Shown: piece after piece, positions 45,785 to 54,563 of the stretch
Numbering within the stretch: the first letter of the stretch is position 1
Layout of the letters: every line of letters begins with the position of its first letter
NCBI GenBank assembly: GCA_963828525.1
Contig: CAWHEP010000004.1
Coordinates: forward strand, 197,891 to 261,890
Source of the DNA: an uncultured Verrucomicrobiae bacterium
GTDB taxonomy: Bacteria > Verrucomicrobiota > Verrucomicrobiia > Chthoniobacterales > Chthoniobacteraceae
Reading direction: 5' to 3'
Length of the DNA stretch: 64,000 nt
The notes under the pieces: model-generated
Seen by the model: only the letters and a program-made list of their open reading frames with translations
Told to the model about the DNA's origin: nothing
The model's database searches: none
Translations under genes and position numbers: made by a program

Positions 45785-45976
45785 CGGATGCTATGATGTC
45801 ACGTAACGCGTTATTCTACCAACGTTAACTATGTCCAGGCGGTTGCAGTGTGCGGCGCAGGGACTTCAGACTTAGTTGCAGAAATGTCACATTTGCGACG
45901 CGGCTTTGTCACAGGCCTGTTCCAGATTGCGAGTGATCCCGGCCGACAGCATATCCGTCGTCTGGATCCGCGAACT

Positions 45977-46288
45977 ATGAGCAATCCGCATCAGAAGATG
46001 GTAAACCTGAAGAGGTTCCTATTCACCATAGTGGTTATTCAATTCACGATTGCCTCTCCGGTGAAAGCCATTCAATCCAAAGGCAGGACAAATATTTCGA
46101 GCGTCCTTTCCGCCGCGAGCACTGGGCTCGCTACGCAGATGGCGAAGGCCGCTGACGCGGCTCCTGTCCTCTTTCTGGCGATCTTCATTGCGAGCGTTGG
46201 TTTTTACCGCGAACACCGTCGCCTCTGGCGTCTCCGTGAGAAGGTGGCCCGCAAACTGGACGGGGACTGCGGTCGTATTCCGCGCTAG
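45977..46288 (+). CDS. Small membrane hypothetical protein
   Basis: Two hydrophobic segments. Confidence 0.4.
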   Translation: MSNPHQKMVNLKRFLFTIVVIQFTIASPVKAIQSKGRTNISSVLSAASTGLATQMAKAADAAPVLFLAIFIASVGFYREHRRLWRLREKVARKLDGDCGRIPR

Positions 46289-46917
46289 CGGCGCTTCGTC
46301 TTGACGGCTTCTTTCAGGCGGAGGTCGCGATCCCGGGCAAGCGCTTCGAAGATTGCCGCTGTTCCATCCTCGACATCATTCTCAAGGTCGGCCCGGTCAA
46401 AGAGCGGAGCGGGGAGGAAGGAGGAGAGAGCCTGGAGGATTTCAAAAATGAGCGTCAAGGCTTTTTCGTAGTCCTTTAGGCGAGCGAAAGCCTTTTTCAA
46501 GATATCGTCGTAATGGTGGTTCCTTCCGGCGGTCCCCAGGTGATCAGCCCGGAATTTGCCAAGCCGGGTGGCGACAACTGTGGCTTTCTTAAGCTTGTCG
46601 GCAACCTCAGCGCGAACGGCGGGCGATATTAACGGCTGTTTGGCAGCCATCGCCAGATTGAAGAAATGATGCAGCGACAACTCACCGTCTTCCAGCAACA
46701 GCGCGCAGATGTCGAAGGTGCACGCAACGATCATGGCGTCGCAGACCGCGCAAAAAAAGAAGCGATGGGAGTATTGCGGTCCTTTAGGGTCAGGAGGCGC
46801 GCCGATTTCCGCCGCGATTCTGCGGAAACAGGTGAGGTACTGCTGAACCTCCAGCGCCCCTTTGCAGAGCTGCTCCAATCCTCTGGTGTATGTCTCAGCT
46901 TCTTGCTTTAAACCCAT
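46285..46917 (-). CDS. All-helical hypothetical protein, AbiU2/HEPN-like
   Basis: Pattern FF...DA...ICALL...LSL...KFRxxHLG resembles HEPN_AbiU2. Confidence 0.5.
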   Translation of the reverse strand: MGLKQEAETYTRGLEQLCKGALEVQQYLTCFRRIAAEIGAPPDPKGPQYSHRFFFCAVCDAMIVACTFDICALLLEDGELSLHHFFNLAMAAKQPLISPAVRAEVADKLKKATVVATRLGKFRADHLGTAGRNHHYDDILKKAFARLKDYEKALTLIFEILQALSSFLPAPLFDRADLENDVEDGTAAIFEALARDRDLRLKEAVKTKRR

Positions 46918-47007
46918 TGCGAGCTTCTCAGAATTACTGGCGGGGAGCGTATCAGCCGCGCTTTTGCTGACAAGGCTTCGTTTCGCTTGATGCCTTTTCG
47001 CAAGACG

Positions 47008-50000
47008 TCAAACCGCGAGGCTCCGCTTGCGTAACAACGCAGGCGCCGCGAGCATCACCGCCAGCGCGAGTGCGCACAGAGCCCAGGGTGGCATTGCCGG
47101 GATCGATCCGCCCGCTGTCACCGTCTGCGCCGGAGTGGGCGCGACGCCCCCCACATTTACGGCGGTCACCTGGTAGTAGTAAGAGGAGGTCGCGCTCAGG
47201 TTTTTGTCCGTATAAGTGGTCTCAGCCGTGACATTCGCGTAATCCGCCGGGAAGGTGAAAGGCCCGCCGGGCTGGGTTGAGCGATAGATGACATAGCCGG
47301 TCGCTCCGGCAACTGGCGTCCAATTCAGGACGACACTTGTGTCGTTAGTCGTCCTGTAGGCGGTGAATGACTTTGGCCCGGATGCGGGCGGCACGGCAGT
47401 TGGAGTGGCGGAGACGGAACTTGACGCCGCGCTCGTCCCGCCCGGGCTGATTGCCTTTACCGAGTAGCCGTAAGTCTTCCCATCGGTCGGAGTAGTGTCA
47501 GTGAAACTGGAGATGGCAACCGAGTCGTTCAGGGTGATCGTCCCCAGCGTAATGGGACTGCCCACCCCGTTATCAAACAGGGTCGAGCGGGAAACGCTGT
47601 AGTAATTCGCCCCGGGAGACCCCGACCAGCTCAGGGCGACGCTGTGATGCCCGGAACTAATAACTGCTAATCCAGTGGGCGCGGCAGGCGCGCTGCTGGA
47701 TGCCCCACCTGAAGGCGCCGTCCCCGCGCTCTCTGGAGAGTTGGCGCTGGTTCCATTCGGATTGTACGACTGGACGACGTAGTAATAGACGGTTCCGTTG
47801 ACGGCGGTCGTGTCCGTGTAGGTCATGATGCCCGCGTCGCTCCCGCTCACCGGCCCAAGCACATTACCCATCGAGGCGTAACCGCTGCCCGAAACCGTGG
47901 AACGTGACATGTAGTATCTGGTCGCTCCCGGAACCACCGGCCAAGATAGCAGATTGCGGTTGTTGCCGGCATAAACGGTTACGCTCGCCGGAGGCGGGGG
48001 CACATAGCCGGTCAACTCCATGCGCAGGTAATCGATCATCAGGTACTGCGTCAATGACAACGCGTTCATCGTGATAGTCAGGGTATTCTGCCCGGCGCGC
48101 AGCATCGTCCCTGGAAAGGTGATCCGCTCGTCGGAAAACGGGCCGTGATTACTGCAGTGGATGCTGCTGTCATCCTGGTAGGGGGGCGTAAACCCGGTGG
48201 CAGTGATCGTCTCAGGCGAGGAAGTCACCCCGCTGGCAGTGCCGAGGTTCGCTCCGTTTACACTCATCACAACATTCCCTCCATCATCCCCCGCGCACGC
48301 CAGGTACAGGGACGCCTGAGCGCCGGATGCCGGCGCTGCCGCCAGGTTGAAGGTGATCATTCCCGTAGCTGGCTGGTAGAATCCGGTGAGGCTTGGCAGG
48401 GACGGCAGAACATAGTTCCAGTCCGTCGACCACCGGCTCCGGCCCGCTGTGTAGTTCATGCCGTCAGGAAAATCCAAAGGGAATTCTCCCTCCATCCCCC
48501 AGATTGCGGTGGGGTAGCCGGGAGTCGGGGAGAGCTCGGCAGACCAGAAATCCTCGCCGTGCCGGAAGTCGCTTGCCTTTCGATCCGGCACGCCAAGTTC
48601 GAACACCGTCGCGCCGATCCGCTTTGCCGTCCATGTCACCGTGCCCAGGCTTGTCGTTCCGCCCGCCGTCACGGTCACTGCGAAAGGAGTTGCCGAAACG
48701 TCGCACTCCAGTGGTGGATTGCCTCCCGTTTGATTCTGCGAAAGAAACGTCCCTGCAATTCCGGGGCCATAGGCCCACAGTGTGTAGTTTGATCCGGCGA
48801 TCACGTTTGGCAGAGTGAAGTTTCCTCCCGCGTCGGTCTGCGTCCAAAACTGATATGGTTTAAGCCATTTCTGGAAATCGTAAGTCGCGGTGCTGGTAAT
48901 TGGCTGCTGCTCCAGTCCCACCCATGTTCCCGCGACCGTGGGATTCCTGTTACCACTATCCACAAGGTTCAGCTTGCCCGTCACCGTTCCGCGCCCGGAG
49001 GCTGGCACATAGTTCGGGTTGGAAAACCAACTGTAAGGCCAGGCAGCCGCTTCCGCTCTCGATTGAGACAGCGCGTCTGTGAACAGCGCCGCCGCTGCCT
49101 GCGCCGGATCTGTAATGCTCTGGGGCACATTGTTCAGATAGATAAACCACGGCCCGCATGTTTTCGTCCACACTTCGCCAGCGGCGAAGTTCCCGTCCGA
49201 TCCCATCCCCACTTCTCCTGTGAGGATGGAGTTGTTCAGGTTATTATAACTGTAAGCGCCCACATCCCGCTTCATCGGTCCACCATTGCTGAACTCCATG
49301 TTCGTAGTGATCCACCGCCCGATATTGGTGTGTCCAGTTCCCACGCTGCTCCAGCCAAAAGCTTGCTGGTCGGCGTGATCCTGCCCAAAAAAGAATTTGT
49401 CAGCGAACTGCCCCGCGTGACTTCCGTCGAAATTCACTGAAATCTCATGGGGGGCGTTTGGCATTAGCACCTTGCTGCCAGTCGTGGTTTGCGCGCCGAT
49501 ATAGAAACTGCGCAAGGGGTCTTCGCTGATCCAGTTAAAGATCGAGGGCACCCTGGTCACAACTCCGAAGGCGGTCACTCCGGAAGGTCCATCTTGAGCC
49601 CGATGGGTCTGGATCGCCGTGGAGTAAAATCCTGGCGAGCCGCGCAGCATTGAGAAGTGAGTCTCCATGATCCCGTTCGTCGCGGTCATGCTCACCAATT
49701 GGGCGTCGGCGGAATTTCCGCCGTTGCTCGCCGGATCCACCGCCAGCGAGTAGGTGTAAGTCGCGTTATTCGCAACCGTGCCGAGGAAGAACCCGCCATA
49801 GTAGTATTGACCGCTGCCAGCCAGGGTCTCCGTGGTCTGCGTCCCGGCGCCGTTGTTGTAAGTATATTTCAGCGAGTTCAGCCGCGCCGAATTTTTCACC
49901 AGGATCATGGACACGATCCCGTTGGACATGGTCACCGTCCCGTCCCCGTTGTCAGTTACAGTCACATTTGGACCTGTCCCTGTTCCGCCGCCCGCTATAT

Positions 50001-50160
50001 TGGCGAGCAACGGGGTTGAACCCGCAAATACATAAAGCCCGATAGCCGTGAGCGTGACGAGACATCGTATAACGCTTTGTCTATGTTGATCCGGAATCAC
50101 CAGGAATCGCGCGCCGCGGTGGCGCGTGACCAGAGTTGTTCTATGCGTTTTTCCGGTCAT
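47008..50160 (-). CDS. Rhamnogalacturonan lyase (PL4-like) with FN3 repeats and C-terminal sorting signal
   Basis: NGGPMK, WTKxxGPW, WPYSW, RGTVTG, YQFWTQTD, IDYLRMEL, three FN3 domains and a TM+basic tail. Confidence 0.85.
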   Translation of the reverse strand: MTGKTHRTTLVTRHRGARFLVIPDQHRQSVIRCLVTLTAIGLYVFAGSTPLLANIAGGGTGTGPNVTVTDNGDGTVTMSNGIVSMILVKNSARLNSLKYTYNNGAGTQTTETLAGSGQYYYGGFFLGTVANNATYTYSLAVDPASNGGNSADAQLVSMTATNGIMETHFSMLRGSPGFYSTAIQTHRAQDGPSGVTAFGVVTRVPSIFNWISEDPLRSFYIGAQTTTGSKVLMPNAPHEISVNFDGSHAGQFADKFFFGQDHADQQAFGWSSVGTGHTNIGRWITTNMEFSNGGPMKRDVGAYSYNNLNNSILTGEVGMGSDGNFAAGEVWTKTCGPWFIYLNNVPQSITDPAQAAAALFTDALSQSRAEAAAWPYSWFSNPNYVPASGRGTVTGKLNLVDSGNRNPTVAGTWVGLEQQPITSTATYDFQKWLKPYQFWTQTDAGGNFTLPNVIAGSNYTLWAYGPGIAGTFLSQNQTGGNPPLECDVSATPFAVTVTAGGTTSLGTVTWTAKRIGATVFELGVPDRKASDFRHGEDFWSAELSPTPGYPTAIWGMEGEFPLDFPDGMNYTAGRSRWSTDWNYVLPSLPSLTGFYQPATGMITFNLAAAPASGAQASLYLACAGDDGGNVVMSVNGANLGTASGVTSSPETITATGFTPPYQDDSSIHCSNHGPFSDERITFPGTMLRAGQNTLTITMNALSLTQYLMIDYLRMELTGYVPPPPASVTVYAGNNRNLLSWPVVPGATRYYMSRSTVSGSGYASMGNVLGPVSGSDAGIMTYTDTTAVNGTVYYYVVQSYNPNGTSANSPESAGTAPSGGASSSAPAAPTGLAVISSGHHSVALSWSGSPGANYYSVSRSTLFDNGVGSPITLGTITLNDSVAISSFTDTTPTDGKTYGYSVKAISPGGTSAASSSVSATPTAVPPASGPKSFTAYRTTNDTSVVLNWTPVAGATGYVIYRSTQPGGPFTFPADYANVTAETTYTDKNLSATSSYYYQVTAVNVGGVAPTPAQTVTAGGSIPAMPPWALCALALAVMLAAPALLRKRSLAV

Positions 50161-50390
50161 GCGGAGGGGAGGGAGTGGGAACACCTTTCGGCGTCATGGC
50201 GTTGTAGACCACCGAACAACGCAAAGAAAGCGTAATCTGTAAACCGTCAGCGAAACCCGAAGCGTGATTCGGTCCATGAGCAAATATTGCGCAGGGAGAT
50301 TGTATGCGCTGGCAGGGGATATGTATTAAAGTAATCTCACAGCAAACAGGCGCTCTATTGCAACCCTGTCGAGGATTGCCACACCAAATT

Positions 50391-51041
50391 GTGAAAACAA
50401 AAACACTGTTGATCACCGGGTTGATAATTGCCGTTCTCGGGATGGTCCCGACATTTGTCGTAACGCAGATCCATGGCGGCCGGCAAGCTGGCGGGGAGTC
50501 GGCGAGACTGGAGGGAGCAGATGTAATGGCTCCGGCGATCGCGCAGATTCCGCCTGCGCAGACTGTCGCTGTTCCGTTGACCCTACAAAACCCAGCGCCA
50601 CCTAATCCGGCTCCCACTCGAGCAACTTCGGCCTTCCAGCCCAAGGAGCCCATTGGAGACTCTCAAGTGGGCGTGGTCCGAGACGCGCAGAGCGCAGGTT
50701 CAAGCGAGGCAGCAGTCGCTGATCCAGTTGCTCGACAGGCCCTGGCTTTAGTTGGGGCGGACCCGGGCGCCGAGGCTTACTGGTATGGCGCGATCAACGA
50801 TCCGGCGATCCCCAGTCAAGAGCGGCAAGATCTAATCGAAGATTTGAACGAAGATGGCCTATCAAATCCCAAACATCCGGATGCAAGTGATCTGCCAGTC
50901 ATCCTGCGGCGGATTGATCTGCTACAGGAGATCGGCGCAAACGCCATGGATCAGGTCAATGCCGATGCGTTTCAGGAAGCTTACAAAGATCTCGTTAACC
51001 TGGCTGACGTTGCCATTGGCGGCGGGCAGCCGGTGAGATGA
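50391..51041 (+). CDS. Membrane-anchored hypothetical protein
   Basis: N-terminal TM, Pro/Ala linker, helical domain ERQDLIEDLNEDG. Confidence 0.7.
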   Translation: MKTKTLLITGLIIAVLGMVPTFVVTQIHGGRQAGGESARLEGADVMAPAIAQIPPAQTVAVPLTLQNPAPPNPAPTRATSAFQPKEPIGDSQVGVVRDAQSAGSSEAAVADPVARQALALVGADPGAEAYWYGAINDPAIPSQERQDLIEDLNEDGLSNPKHPDASDLPVILRRIDLLQEIGANAMDQVNADAFQEAYKDLVNLADVAIGGGQPVR

Positions 51042-51064
51042 TGATCTAAAAGATCATCTCCGGT

Positions 51065-51154
51065 TCAAGAACCCCTTCGGACAGGTTCAGCCTTTGGTTT
51101 CGGCTTTTTCGGCTTCTTCAATTCTTTTTTATGACTGTGGTCACCTTTTCCCAT
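51065..51154 (-). CDS. 29-aa lysine-rich small protein
   Basis: MGKGDHSHKKELKKPKKPKPKAEPVRRGS*, read directly from the sequence (below the ORF-track cutoff). Confidence 0.6.
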   Translation of the reverse strand: MGKGDHSHKKELKKPKKPKPKAEPVRRGS

Positions 51155-51271
51155 GCGGAATAATGAAGCGTATGAAGCGCGCGAATGCTACTTAATTTTG
51201 GCGCGTTGTAAGCGGCAGAGGATCTCCTGGCCTTGCCTCCAAAAGGTGCTCCTCTTTGCTGGGGCAGCCAT

Positions 51272-51742
51272 TTAGCAGACAGTTGCCACCCGATACCGGC
51301 TCTGAGCGCCGACTTCTAGAAGATCGCCCTGCATTCTCCCCTGGAGTTGCCTGGCAAGCGGTGATTGTGGTGTTATCACGAGCACTGGCTCTCCTTCATG
51401 CTCCACTTCCAAGCCGCCTGCTTTGAGGCCAATGAAGTAAAACGTTCTTCCTCCGGCATGCTCAAGTTCCACCAGAGCACCGGGGCCAATGGATTCCGCC
51501 AGTTCGAACATCCGCGGCTCCATGCTTTCGAATGACGCGATTGCCTCCTCCATCTCTGCCGCCTGCCGAGCCTGTCCGCGCGCGAGGTACGAAGCTTCCA
51601 GTGCCCTTGTATCGTATTTGTTCTCAGCTTTGCTCTGCTCGTGCGTGGACTCGGTATGCGCAACTTGGGCAGCTCTCCGATATGCCTCCGCCTCCTTCAC
51701 AAGACGTCCGACGATCTTCTTGATCAACGCTCCTTTGTCCAT
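51272..51742 (-). CDS. GreA/GreB family elongation factor-like protein
   Basis: KAENKYDTRALEASYLA, VITPQSPLA. Confidence 0.85.
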   Translation of the reverse strand: MDKGALIKKIVGRLVKEAEAYRRAAQVAHTESTHEQSKAENKYDTRALEASYLARGQARQAAEMEEAIASFESMEPRMFELAESIGPGALVELEHAGGRTFYFIGLKAGGLEVEHEGEPVLVITPQSPLARQLQGRMQGDLLEVGAQSRYRVATVC

Positions 51743-51858
51743 TGCCTTCTCAGGGGACCAGAATGAATCCCGATCTTCGAACCCGCCACCACGACCTCGT
51801 TGATGATCTCAGAATCTGGTAGCGCCTCGGCGTCAAAGGCATCCCTGGCCTTGGGAGT

Positions 51859-52266
51859 TCATTTTGCCCGAATTCGGTTGTTCTTCGGATTGTGCTCTAG
51901 TTCGCACAATCCGAGTGCTTCCATCAATGGCGGGACGTAAACGGCGAAGCGACCACGCAAACCCTTCTTGAGACCATACCAACCCCCGATGCGATTCTCG
52001 GGAGACCGGGCCCATGCTTCGACGGTACCGACCTTTACCGGTTTTTGTTCGTCCGCCCCGCCGAGATCCATCCAGCCGCCATGGGCCTTCAGCATAGCAT
52101 GAAGGTCTTCGATGCAGCGGGCATCGTAATGGAGAACGGTCTTGCCAACGGCGCACACAAGAATCTGGAGCCCATCCTTGGTATCCATGCGCATCGTAAA
52201 CTCTGCCGTGCCCGGCGGTGTCTTGAGCAACCACGGATTTTCTTGGGTTGTGCTGGGTGTAATCAT
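51859..52266 (-). CDS. Conserved hypothetical protein (DUF6855-like)
   Basis: PWLLKTPPG, GTVEAWARS, GGWYGLKKGLRGRF. Confidence 0.7.
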   Translation of the reverse strand: MITPSTTQENPWLLKTPPGTAEFTMRMDTKDGLQILVCAVGKTVLHYDARCIEDLHAMLKAHGGWMDLGGADEQKPVKVGTVEAWARSPENRIGGWYGLKKGLRGRFAVYVPPLMEALGLCELEHNPKNNRIRAK

Positions 52267-52354
52267 TACTGAAGGGTCGTAATCATCGATTATTTTCGTG
52301 TATGAGGCAAGAGCGGGCAAAACCACGCTTGAACTCGGCGTAAAGCGAGTCCAG

Positions 52355-52368
52355 TGTTCAAACGAACA
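52355..52368. promoter_or_regulatory. LexA (SOS) box, Verrucomicrobia type TGTTC-N4-GAACA
   Basis: gTGTTC-aaac-GAACAc, 2 bp before the imuA ATG. Confidence 0.9.
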
Positions 52369-52370
52369 CA

Positions 52371-53081
52371 ATGCCTGCCGCTTTCGATACCTTCCATAGC
52401 TCCAATGTTATTCCACTTTCGCAAGCGGATCGTGGGTCACGGCTGATTGAATTAAGGCGGGCGCTGGCCGAAAAATTTCCAGCCGGCACGGTGTTCAAAA
52501 GTGGCATCATTCCGAGCGGCGTTGATGCGATTGACCGAGTGGATGGCGGATTGCGCATGGGGGCGTTGACGGAAATTTCGGGGAGACCAGCAGGAAATTC
52601 GCTGCTTTTGGCTGCAATGATTTCAATGCTGGCGAAAGAGAAGCGTTTCGGGGCATTGGTGGATTGCGGCAGGTTTTTCGATCCCGGTTCGTTTCAGCCT
52701 GCCGGCTTGAGGCGGCTGCTTTGGGTGCGCTGTGGGCTTCCCGCGGAAGCCGTTAAAGCGGCGGATTTGCTCTTGCGTGATGGAAATCTTTCCCTGCTGG
52801 TGGTGGACTTGCAGGGGACAGCATTGCGGGACCTGGAACGCATACCGGCAAGTACCTGGCATCGGTTTCAAAGAGTGGTGGAGCAAGGCAGCATGGTTTT
52901 AGCGGTCTTCACGCCGCGCCCCTTGGTGGAGGGCGCATCGGTCAGGGTTTCTGTCGATTGGCATTGGGATTTCGAGAAGATTGTGGAAAGGCGGGTGGAA
53001 TTGCTCTCCCGTTTGGAGTCGCGAATTTCGTCGCGCCGGCGTTTTGCCGCGCCGGACGCATCCGAACTGCGGACGGCATGA
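52371..53081 (+). CDS. imuA: ImuA/RecA-like mutasome protein
   Basis: RecA-like fold with degenerate P-loop, ALVD, RLLWVRC and DLLLRDGN; first gene of the cassette. Confidence 0.85.
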   Translation: MPAAFDTFHSSNVIPLSQADRGSRLIELRRALAEKFPAGTVFKSGIIPSGVDAIDRVDGGLRMGALTEISGRPAGNSLLLAAMISMLAKEKRFGALVDCGRFFDPGSFQPAGLRRLLWVRCGLPAEAVKAADLLLRDGNLSLLVVDLQGTALRDLERIPASTWHRFQRVVEQGSMVLAVFTPRPLVEGASVRVSVDWHWDFEKIVERRVELLSRLESRISSRRRFAAPDASELRTA

Positions 53082-53093
53082 ACGAAGGGAAAA

Positions 53094-54563
53094 ATGTACG
53101 CCGTCATTCGTCTGCCTGAATTTCGACTGCAAGCGGCCCTTCGCCACCGGATGGAGTTGCGGGGCAAGCCCGTTGTCCTGGTTGAAAAGGAGGATGCGAA
53201 GAGTTTGGTAATTGAACGAACCGAGGCTGCGGCAAAGTTCGGCGTGAGCGCCGGCATGCCCGTGGTGCAGGCGCTCGCTCGTTGTCCCGAACTCATAATC
53301 CTGCCTCGAACGCCCGCGCAGGAGAAGAACGTTGAGGCAGCTTTGCTGGAAACCGCCTGTTCGTTGTCGCCGGATGTGGAAGTCACGGCGGAAGGTTACT
53401 GCACGGTGGATATGCGTCGCGGGGGGATAAAGGACTGGTCGTCTTTCGGGTTTAAAATATGCGAGCGTCTTTCGGCATTGGAATTAGCGGTAAATGTCGG
53501 TATGGCGCCGAATCCTGATTTGGCTTTTTTGGCGGCGCAAAAAGCTGTGCCTGTGCTTGTCATTCATAGTCCGGAAGCGTTTCTCTCGCATCTAGCGGTC
53601 GCTGAAATTAACCCGCCGCCGTTTCTGTTGGCGGTTCTCAAAGAATGGGGCATTCACACGCTGGGACAGCTTACCAGTCTGCCGCGTGGTGAATTGGCCG
53701 ACCGACTCGGGCCGGAAGCTGATTTTCTGGCGAGGAGGGCGGCTGGCGGCACTCAACGCCTGCTCCGGGTCTTCCGCTCCAAAGAAGAATTCTCTGAGAG
53801 TTTTGATTTCGAGCGAGAGATCGAAACACTTGAACCGTTGCTCTTTATCCTGCGCCGGTTTCTCGAGCAGCTTCTTTTGAGGCTTTCAGGCGTAAATCAC
53901 GTAGCTGGAAAGATGAAGTTGGTTCTGCTGCTCGAAAATGGCGGAGAATACCAGCGGGTGTTTTCAATCCCGGCGCCGACCGGCGACAAGGCGGTGTTGT
54001 TTCGCATTCTGGATACACATCTGGAGACCTTGAAACTGGATGGCCGCCCAGTCGGATGCCGGTTGGACATCGAGGCGGCGCGTCCTGATCATCAGCAAAC
54101 GCGGTTTTTTGAAAACCCGCTGCGGGATGTCAATCGCTTTGGAGAGACGCTGGCGCGGCTTGCCGCGTTGATCGGAGAAGGCAATGTCGGGGTTGCTGAG
54201 ATGGAAGACACTCACCGTCCCGACAGTTTTAGCGTGGTGTCTCCCCGGTTTGGCGAGTTGGGAGAAACAATCGGGAAGGGTGAAGAATTGGCGATCGGGG
54301 TGCCTCTGCGCCGTTATCGCCCCGCTATGCCGGCGCAGGTTCGCATGGCTCGGCAGGAGCCTGCCTTTGTGGTGTCGGATACGGCGCATGGCGTGGTGAC
54401 AGGGGCGCATGGGCCGTATCGCGGCTCGGGCGGCTGGTGGGATCGGGAATCGTGGGAAGTGGAGGAATGGGATGTTGAGATATCCGGCTGCGGAATTTAT
54501 CGGCTCTCCCTGCAACAGAGTCAGTGGTTTGTGGAAGGATGTTATGAAACCGCGATATATTGA
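53094..54563 (+). CDS. imuB: ImuB, inactive Y-family polymerase
   Basis: GVSAGM..QALARCP, WGIHTLG, DTHRPD, GPYRxSGGWW; lacks the catalytic DxD. Confidence 0.9.
   Translation: MYAVIRLPEFRLQAALRHRMELRGKPVVLVEKEDAKSLVIERTEAAAKFGVSAGMPVVQALARCPELIILPRTPAQEKNVEAALLETACSLSPDVEVTAEGYCTVDMRRGGIKDWSSFGFKICERLSALELAVNVGMAPNPDLAFLAAQKAVPVLVIHSPEAFLSHLAVAEINPPPFLLAVLKEWGIHTLGQLTSLPRGELADRLGPEADFLARRAAGGTQRLLRVFRSKEEFSESFDFEREIETLEPLLFILRRFLEQLLLRLSGVNHVAGKMKLVLLLENGGEYQRVFSIPAPTGDKAVLFRILDTHLETLKLDGRPVGCRLDIEAARPDHQQTRFFENPLRDVNRFGETLARLAALIGEGNVGVAEMEDTHRPDSFSVVSPRFGELGETIGKGEELAIGVPLRRYRPAMPAQVRMARQEPAFVVSDTAHGVVTGAHGPYRGSGGWWDRESWEVEEWDVEISGCGIYRLSLQQSQWFVEGCYETAIY

Noticed and set aside
50161..50390. 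Possible riboswitch upstream of the PL4 lyase
   Set aside because: No recognisable conserved riboswitch motif or structure by eye.
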